From Eledone cirrhosa (Eukaryota), in assembly GCA_964016885.1 (NCBI GenBank), contig OZ024740.1, positions 230,268,001-230,332,000 on the forward strand: a DNA stretch of 64,000 bases, in the 5' to 3' direction. Shown here piece after piece: positions 55,073-64,000 of this stretch. Under the pieces are notes generated by a model. That model was not told where the DNA came from. It made no database searches and saw nothing but the letters and a program-made list of their open reading frames with translations. How positions within the stretch are numbered: the stretch's first letter is position 1; the number at the start of each line of letters is the position of its first letter. Made by a program: the position numbers and the translations under genes.

Positions 55073-56521
55073 TTATAATATATCAGCCATAATACCAGAT
55101 TGGACACTATTTTCTTTTTTTTTTTTTTTTTCATATCCACCGATTGTTTACTACATATACATACACAGAGAATTTAAAAGGAATTTGAGAGGTACAGGGT
55201 TCGTTTCTCTGTAGCGACTGCTGTCCCCATTTTTCATCTTTAAGGGCATTTTACCCAATTTTCTAAGCTATTGTTTATGGCAATCAACTGTGTTCACTGT
55301 TATTTCCTGTGTTCGAGACTTTTCACATTTTCTAAGCATTTCAACTCACTCGACGCTCCAATGTTCATTTGCAAATATCGTATATATTTCAGTTGATTTT
55401 TCGAAATATAGGAATTGGTTGACAGGATCCCAGACCTCATTTGCATACCGAATGGGGTGGAACTTGTCAAATCGAACCAAGAAAACAATGTTTCCATTGG
55501 TCTTTCCATTGCTGATACTATCTACCGGTCGCAACTCTTCACAGAAGGGGCAACATGAAATAAAATGTCTTGTTCAAGAACATAACTCTTCGCCCAGTCC
55601 AGGAATCGAACTCGCAACCTCATAATTGTGAATACAACTCTCTAAACACTAAGCCTCACGCCTAAAATGTCCAAATTTCAAAAAACATATTAGTTAATAT
55701 ATAATATTCATCTGTAACAAAGTTTTCTAAAATAGAAATAAAAATATAGTTCCGAAAAACATTAGAAAAGTTTCACTAAATATAATTAATTAATTTCTCT
55801 GATTATATACTCACGTGCGAATATATTGTTCTTTTTTCTTTCTGACAGAAAATTCTATATTTCTACATTTTTAAATATTGGAGTGCCCAATGAAAAAAGT
55901 TCTATGTGTGGCACAATTAATTGGTCACAAAGGTGTATATGAAACTTTAATCAATTAATTATTTTTTCCATTCCATGGAGAATATCCCTTGATGTGTACA
56001 GTAAATGTAAGTTGTAGGTGTATGTGGACCTCCGTCAGTTCCAAACACGAGTGTTCCACTTATTGTAATCAACGGAACAGCCTGCTCGTTTTTAACATGA
56101 ACATTATTGGGCATTCCATAGGCACGTCTACTCTTAATATAGCCCTGGAGGAGATCCAGTGTGGTTCAGCTCGCCCTTTGAAATACAGATACAACTAATT
56201 TTTGCCATCTGAGTGGACTGAAGAAACATGAAATATAGTGTCTTTCTCAAGAACACAACGTACCGCCGGAGTTGAACTCACGGCCTTACGACCATGAGCC
56301 GGATTCCCTAGCCCTTAAGACACGCTTCTTCAAAACGATTAATAATTGTTTCTACATTTGGCACAAGGCCAGCAATTTAAAGAGGAGAAAATCGAGAAAA
56401 TCGACCTTAGTACGTTACTGGTACTTTATTTTATCGACCCCGTATATATATATATATATATATATCCCCCCGCCACCCCCGTTCTTGCTTTCTTCTTCTT
56501 CTTCTTCTTCTTCTTCTTCTT

Positions 56522-56552
<31 letters not shown>

Positions 56553-57236
56553 ATTATAAGCCTACCTTACCTAGCAACTACACAGCCATCCTATTCTCCA
56601 TATACTTTATCATGTTTCGCTGTGACCAGTCTTCTCTCTCCTTCTTCCTACTTATTACGTTACTATCTACTCTTCCCCCTCTTTCTTTCTCACCCCTTCT
56701 CCCTCTCACTTTCACTCACCCTCTCTCTGCCAGTCACCTTATTGTTTCCCTCGCCTGACCATCTAGCAGTTCTTTTCTCACTTACACTCGCTGGGATCAG
56801 ACGTGATTTTCATTCGTCCACACGCTATAGAACTTAGGTTCATCCACCGATGTGGACTTGGATTTTCTTTCTTCAGTTGCTCGCACATTCTTCGGTTTGT
56901 TGTTGTTTTTTCGCAGTTTTTCTCTTTTCTTCCCTTTTTTCCCTTTTCCCTTCTATTTATCTCTCCTCCGTTTTCCCAATAACTTCCCTAGTTATTGAAC
57001 GCTCTTCTTATTCTGTTTCTTCTTCTTAATTTTAAACCTACCTTAACTAGCAACAACATATATATATACATATATATATAAATCTAGGGAGTGTAACTTG
57101 GAGTTACTGCAGGTTCACCCGGGTGAGCACTCGATGTTTAGGTTCACTTCAGTGTCGAGGTGTAGAGCTATACAGAGTGTATTATATTGAAAAGATAACA
57201 AGGAGGATTGGTTATTCCTCCATTACATTTACTGGT

Positions 57237-57313
57237 AGGTGACGCGCGTTTCGCCACTAATCAGCTCAAGGTTCGATCTTACCCGACTCAATAATCGGCA
57301 GCTCGACGGATCC
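57237..57313 (-). ncRNA. Degenerate hammerhead motif related to 39882-39968
   Basis: Minus strand reads ccgtcga gctgccgatta...gagtcgg...agatcgaaccttgag.tgattagtggc GAAA cgcgcg TC. The CUGANGA box carries two substitutions. Confidence 0.5.
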
Positions 57314-57316
57314 TTT

Positions 57317-57368
<52 letters not shown>

Positions 57369-57761
57369 TTTAAAGGGTATATATATATATATAAATTAGA
57401 CAAAATCATAGATACATATATATGTTTTTGACAACCATTCACGGTGTGGTTCAATGAAGAATTAATTAAATAATTAATAATCAGAGAAATATATAAAATA
57501 TATATTTATATATATATATATATATATGAGAATAAACGTGCTGCGGAGTTGCAAATGGGTTACATATGAATAAAGTGGTCCTTCATCAGTGATCTTCCAA
57601 ACATCATCGGTATTTCTTCGCTTTAAAGACCATATACCTCGGTTGGTGCGAGCAACGGCTAAAGAAAGTCGTTGGGACATGTAAATAAAGGGAACAGCGA
57701 GAGTGTAAACAAACAAAGATGGTGAAGCAACGAGTGGTAACACAACAGTTAGTTCACCATA

Positions 57762-57801
57762 CCGAGAACAATTGTTTCACCTTAGCGGATCCTCAGCTCG
57801 G
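57762..57801 (-). ncRNA. Minimal type I hammerhead ribozyme with adjacent inverted arm
   Basis: Minus strand reads ccgag CTGAGGA tcc-gctaa-ggt GAAA caattg TT ctcgg, with a 5-bp stem I and palindromic helix III acaattgt. 57804-57841 is an inverted copy of 57734-57770. Confidence 0.7.
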
Positions 57802-57906
57802 ACTGTTCTCGGTATGGTGAATTAACTGTTGTCTTACCACTTCTACATAACTCGTCCCATGGACTGAGTGCTCTACCACTACGGATATTACCTTCCAGTG
57901 TTTTAC

Positions 57907-57948
<42 letters not shown>

Positions 57949-57955
57949 ATATATA

Positions 57956-58149
57956 TAACAAATAAGGTGTAGTAAGGAACCAGGTGGACCATAATGCACC
58001 AGAGTACTCGATACTTAGGGTAGTAGAGTGGGTAATAGGAAGAGAATCAGGACCCCGACCGCTGAGCTCCGGCCGTTTCGACAGCTAGATCGTATCTAGC
58101 TATCGAAACGGCCGGAGCTCAGCCGTCGGGGTCCTGACTCTCTTTCTAT
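57956..58149 (-). mobile_element. Asymmetric palindromic element (hammerhead 3'-half family), copy 3
   Basis: Palindrome 58036-58148 centred at about 58092 with its own centre sequence (acagctagat-cgt-atctagctat). The long left arm has GAGTACTC at 58002-58009. (TA)n flanks both sides. Confidence 0.8.
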
Positions 58150-58193
58150 ATATATAGTTTTAATATAGATGAGATTCTACAGGACTAGAACTG

Positions 58194-58239
<46 letters not shown>

Positions 58240-58921
58240 TATTTAGTCTGAAAGCCAAGAGCCCGTGTCCATGCCAATTTTCAGGATATTCAGGGCTTGT
58301 GGAAGAGAGGTAGGAATGTAACCTTAAGTCAGAGACCTGACCCGAATGCTTGTAATAGAGTGTGTACAGCTAAAACCACCGAGTTATGTCTACTGTACGA
58401 GGAGGTCACAGTCGAATTTGAACTCATAACGCAAACCATTTTAACAAATACTGAAAGGGATTTTATCTGGTTTTCTAACAAATCTGCTTCAAAAAGGCAA
58501 AGTTGACAACGGTGGGATTTGAACTCAGAGTGCAGATAGCCAGTTTTTTTAAGTGACGTTCTAACAACACTACCAATTCGTCATCTTGTCATCGATTGAT
58601 ATTTTCTCAAAGTTGATTTTACAGTGCATGTCCGGGAAACAAATTGCTCATTGCTTATTTCCTAAATATTGATTTCTTTAGACAAGCAGCGAGCCAAATT
58701 TTAGCAGAACGAGGATTATAGTTAATTGAATCGATCGTATTACATGATTGGAATTCATTTTATTGATTGAACAGAGACGAAAGGGAAATCTCGAACTCAG
58801 TGCAATTTAAACACGGAATACAGAAGGCAAAATTCCCTTATACTATATATAGCCATTTAACCAAGCAGCCTTCAACTGTTTCTGGTGCACCCCAGTTTAT
58901 TATTAGAAACAATATTGTTAA

Positions 58922-59835
58922 TAATAATTGTTTCTACTTTAGACACAAGGCCAGCAATTTTTAGGGAGGAGAGGAAAGTCGATTAAATCGACTCCAGTGC
59001 GTGATTGATACTTTATTTTATCGACCCCATAAGGATGAAAGGCAAAGTTAACCTCGGCGGGATTTGAACTCAGATCATAAAGGGCTGTAACTCTATGCTA
59101 CAAAGCATGGCGTCCGACCCTCTACCGATACTGCCAATCCACCACCCTAATATTGTTATTAATAATAATTGCTTCTACTTTTGGCACAAGACCAACAATT
59201 TTGAAGGGAAGTGGGGAAAGTCGATTAAATTTACCCCAGTGCGTTACTGGTACTTTATTTTATCAACTACGTAAAGAAGGAAGACAAAGCTAACCTCGGC
59301 GAGATTTGATCTAAGAATGGAAAGGGTCGTAACTATATGCCGCAAAGCATGTTGTCCAATGCTCAACCGATACTGCCAATCCACGACCCTCAAATAATTA
59401 TTTCTAGTATAGGCACAAGGCCAGTAATTTGGGTGGAGGGGAAAGTCGATCCCCAGTGCATTACTAGTACTTTATTTTATCGACCCCGTAAGGATGAAAG
59501 GCAAAGTTAACCATGGCGGGATTTGAACTCAGATCGTAAAGGACCGTAATTCTATGCTGCAAAGCATGGTGTCCGACGCTCAACTGATACTGCCAATCCA
59601 CCACAATCAAATAATGGTTTCTGATTTCGGCATAAGGCCAACAATTCTTTTTTTTTTGGGGGGGGGGGTCTATTATATCGACTCCAGTGCGTGACTGGTC
59701 CCTTATTTTATCGACCCAGAGAGGAGAAAAGGCAAAGCTAACTTCGACGGGATTTGAACTCAAAACGTAAATGGCAATGACTACATGCAGTAAAATATGT
59801 TTTCCGACGCTCTATCGATTCTGCCAATCCACTAT
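58922..59835 (-). mobile_element. Four head-to-tail SINE family A copies
   Basis: Repeated reverse-complement modules ending tgccaatccac. Confidence 0.9.
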
Positions 59836-60569
59836 GATAATGATTTCTAACATTAGTGGAAAGCCACAGATATTGAGATAGTAGTGCGATCGATTAAATT
59901 GAAACCAATATTTGACTGGTGTTTATTTTATCGACCTCAGGAAAAAATACATGAAAAGTGGAGCTGAAAAGGATTGGAACTTTGAACCGAAATGCAGGTA
60001 TCTAAATACTGCAAATAACCATTTCTGTTGCTATCCGCCACCATTACCATCCTCTGACCTCATATATTGATGTCTAAATACTGCAATTGACAATTTCAGC
60101 TGCTATCCGCCACCACCACCACCACTACCCTCCGCCTTCATGTATTGATTTTTAATTTAGGCACAAAGCCAGTGAATTTGGTGGAAAGGCAAAGTTTATC
60201 GACACCTGAAGGATAAAGACATCGTTCACCTTGGTGGCATTTGAATTCATAATATAAAGAGCCAGAACAAATAACATAATAGTATTTTATCCGACGCTCT
60301 ACCAATTTTGTCTATCTTTTATACTTGCTTGCCCTCATATATTAATGTGTGTATGTGTTGGTCCTCCATGGCATCGGACGATGGATGTCCCTGTTGTCTG
60401 ATCAACGAAACAGCTTGCTCATAAAATGCAAGTGAATGAGCATTCCTCAGACACGTGCTCCCTTAACGTAGATATCAGGGAGGTCCAGTGTGACACATTG
60501 TGTATAAAGTCTGGTCCTTTTTAAATACAGATGCAGCTTATTTTTTCTTGGCTGAATCGACTTCTTAAT

Positions 60570-61330
60570 GGCCCCACTCGGTCATGGTTTTGCACCTAGA
60601 AACTTGGACCTAGACTGGGCAAGGTTTGTTTTTGGAAGACCAGCAGTCGTCCATGCATACCAGCCTCCCCACCACCGATGTTGTCCAAGGGAAAGGCAAT
60701 GACCGATACAGCTTGGCACCAGTGACGTCGCAACTCCTTTCTACAGCTGAGTAAACTGGAGCAACGTGAAATAAAGTGTATTTCTCAAGGACACAATGTA
60801 TCAATGCTCTAACTACTAAGCCATGTGCCTCCACTATATATATATATAAACACATATATATATATGCATAAACATATATATACAAATATATATAGATATA
60901 AACATAAATACATATATACATATAAAGGTGAAAGATCACAAATGTCCATGGTTTTGCACCTAGAAGGCACAAGCCTGCAAGACCAGCAGTCACCCATGCC
61001 TACCAGTCGCCCCTCTTCACACTGATGTTGTCCAAATCAGCTTGCCATCAGTGACGTCGCAACTCATCTCTACAGCTGAGTGAATTGGAACAACGTGAAA
61101 TAAAGTGTCTTGCTCAAGAACACAACGCATCACCCAGTCTGAGAATCGAACTCACAACCTCTCAATTGCAAGTCCAATGCTCTAACCACTAAGCCATGCG
61201 CCTTCATAAAGCAATGTGAAGCAATGTGAAATAAAGTGTCGTGATGAAGGACACAACAAACATCCGGGGATTTAATTCATAATTTTACGATCACCAACTG
61301 GACACTCTAACAACTAACCCAGGCGCTTTC
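60570..61330 (-). mobile_element. Cluster of SINE family B (CORE-like) copies
   Basis: aacgtgaaataaagtgtcttgctcaagaacacaac...gaatcgaactc...ctaaccactaagcca, the reverse complement of CORE, B-box and A-box. Confidence 0.8.
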
Positions 61331-61894
61331 ACCTATTAACGATAACAAACAAACAAACAAAGGGAATATTCAGCAAATTGTATCTAAATAAGTCAATAAC
61401 TCATTAAACATTTTATGAGGGGAGATTAAAAGAAAGAATTTAAGAGAATCATAAATATTCTTAGATAAATACTATCCAGAATTGTGATTTGTGAAATCAA
61501 AGCCCATGGCATTAAAAAGACATGAGGAAAGAGGTAGAATAAGTTAAGCTATAAGATCTAATGTCATATTGCTGACACGCCAGAAGTTCTTTGACAAGAT
61601 TAAGAAAGACAAAAGCTGCCTATCTTGTCAGTGACCATGACCATGGTAAAGCTTAAACAGATAAACTCACTGTTATATTGTCAATCTGGCTTTCACCTCT
61701 TTTCCTCTCGACCTTATTATTTATTCCATTCGCTTCTTCCATACACAATTATTTATTTCGTTATGTAATTTTCTTTTCGCTTTCATTTTTGTAACCTTTT
61801 TAATTCATCGATCTATTATCTCAACCCACCGTTCATCGCAAATTTGGTGGTGAGGATGAAGATGAGGATGATGATGATGATCATCATCATCATC

Positions 61895-63310
61895 ATAATT
61901 ATTTCTATATTGGTCACTAGGGCCGAAACATAAAGGACAATACAAAAAAACAGGGGCAGTTGAGATTTACATAAACCGTGTAAAAATGGAGAACAAAAAA
62001 CAATTAACAATAAATAGATGAAACAGAACTCCTCAATAGAGGGGAGTGTCACACAATGGGGACTTAGGAACCCCACAGATCTGAACCCCATCCCCCCACC
62101 TAATCTCCAAGAGCACTCTAGGAAGGTTCCCCCTCTGCTCTCTGAGATCTCCAGTCTACAGCTTAGAGTCGGCCGATTCACTCGGACCATCCTCGCTACA
62201 TTCACCCACCTTTTAACAAATTTATTCGGGGACAGAACTTCTCTCTCCACCTTCACCTTCCTTTCCAAGTGGAACTTGAAAAAGTTGATGAGGGTCTGGC
62301 AAAAGAGGAATGTGTCAGCCTTCGCGTCCACTACACAATCTCTTTCACTACAGCCACCAGACAGTGGAAAACTTCTTGCACTTCTCGGCCAAAAGAAATC
62401 TGTGGGGCGATCTTCCCGATAGAGACCGACCGACAGCCGGATTAGACCTATACGTGACAATAGTTGTTAGACAAAACTTCACAAGTCAGTAATGCACGGA
62501 CACTGAATGAATGCATGCAAAACGATTTCATCGCTCTGCGCGCATCTCAGAGAGCTCTGTCTAACTGTACTTCCGTACCTGTAGAGTTTATCTCGAACCA
62601 ACAGTGCTCTCCGGTAGCACTGCCAGGTATGGGATTTCTGCAAATTGTTCATAGTTCCCGAACAGAAAGTTCTCCGGAACAGACTGGCTAGTTCGTTCTC
62701 ATCAATACCTAGAGTCTCTCCAAAGGTGTTGTTGCTCTTGTCCATATCTAGACTTCTATAGAACGCTAGAGTGGAATTTCCTCTGACCGCCTTGCCCAGT
62801 TGTTAGAAGGCTGTGAGTGCCTGACAACATTTCAGATGCTAGGGGCCCAGTCTCGGTCATCACATGACCCAAGACTGCAACTCAGTCAAAGAGACAAGCT
62901 GTGAGAAGTTCTTAACAAAGGGCAACTACGCCTATTTACCACCGTCTGGGATTGTTTGCAAATGCCGCAGCCTCAAGAAATGTCTATGCATCAACAGCCA
63001 CGGCATTCAAATCCCTTTGTGCAAAGAGTGTTGCCAGCAGACGGACCACCTGACCTGTGGAACGTGTTCTTTTCACATGAAAAATGAAAGAGCAGACGCT
63101 CCAGTCTACTTAGACGAGAACTGAGGCAAGGCACGACGTTTCGACGGAAATATATATCGGAGGTGGTATAATGGTTCGCTACTTCTGCCCAACCTTTCAG
63201 AGACAGCTTCCTCTGAGCTCATTTGTGGGTGAGTGTAGCCACTCTACACGTGAACAACACGTAGCCATCCTACATAGTTCCTATCTACCCGGAGGTCTGG
63301 ACCAAACCAG
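61895..63310 (-). pseudogene. Degenerate L1/Tx1-clade LINE 3' portion
   Basis: Translations GETLGIDENELASLFRRTF..G.MNNLQKS.TWQCYRRALLVRDKL...C....E...HAFIQC and FFKFHLERKVKVEREVLSPNKFVKRWVNVARM are homologous to 48710-49255. Confidence 0.85.
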
Positions 63311-64000
63311 ATCTCAAACAACTAAAGCAGTATGACACGGATAATAATAGTTCGCGTATCAGCACATACAGAAGAGAGGAAAGAGAGATCATTCTTGGTG
63401 AACCAAGTGCATGATCAGAAACGGTTGCAATAGATTGTCATTTACTCTGACCACCGAGCAAATGTCTTAATACATTGAAGCGATCCAGTTCCTGGAGACG
63501 GGACCGAGCACCATTGTCTTGAGGACATCCACAAAGTATCGATGATTGACCCAATCAATTGAAAGCTTTCGATTGATCCAAATTGATCAAACCTCACTGA
63601 AGCTATATTTACTCTCTACCCTTACCCACTTTATCGCATGAAGTGAAATTTGTCGTGGATAGACTTGGAAAATAATAATGATTTCATTTATTTTGAGCTA
63701 GGGCGACGGATAGAGAAGGTATTACAGAGATAGAATACAAAGAGTGTGGGGACTTACTTATAAATCAGATGAAGAAATATGACAAAGAAAAATGTGTGAC
63801 AAAGCATACACAGTACAAAATGTGTGACACAGTTCCTAAAGATAAGGTGCGATACCAAGGACTAATCAAGGACCTCCACAATTCCAGAATTTTTATCTCA
63901 TTTCCGAGTGAGTAAACATCACCGATGATAGATAAAAATCATGAAACATTTGCCTGGCGTTCTCACACGGCTACCGAGATAGTTGTGACATGATCACAAC

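Overview
This is repeat-saturated, AT-rich animal genomic DNA, intronic or intergenic. The mix of huge microsatellite tracts and two tRNA-derived SINE families suggests an octopus-like cephalopod; that is an inference, not a search result. There is no intact protein-coding gene. The very long ORFs in the track are artefacts of triplet-based minisatellites. The real coding remnants are L1/Tx1-type, RTE-type and CR1-type LINE fragments and a pogo/Tigger-like fragment, plus one candidate signal-peptide exon on the minus strand (53854-53942). A non-autonomous Helitron with canonical ends is present. The main hidden structure is a set of short non-coding elements embedded in (TA)n tracts. They carry type I hammerhead ribozyme (HHR) motifs: at least 9 full or near-full cores, two of them apparently intact. 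Most are arranged as asymmetric fold-backs. Several sequence-diverged families share a GAGTRCTY box about 35-60 nt from the microsatellite junction. A further family forms palindromes centred on what looks like HHR stem II and lacks the CUGANGA half. Together these suggest a Penelope-like or retrozyme-like system of microsatellite-targeted, ribozyme-bearing non-autonomous retroelements. All pairings were read by eye, not computed.
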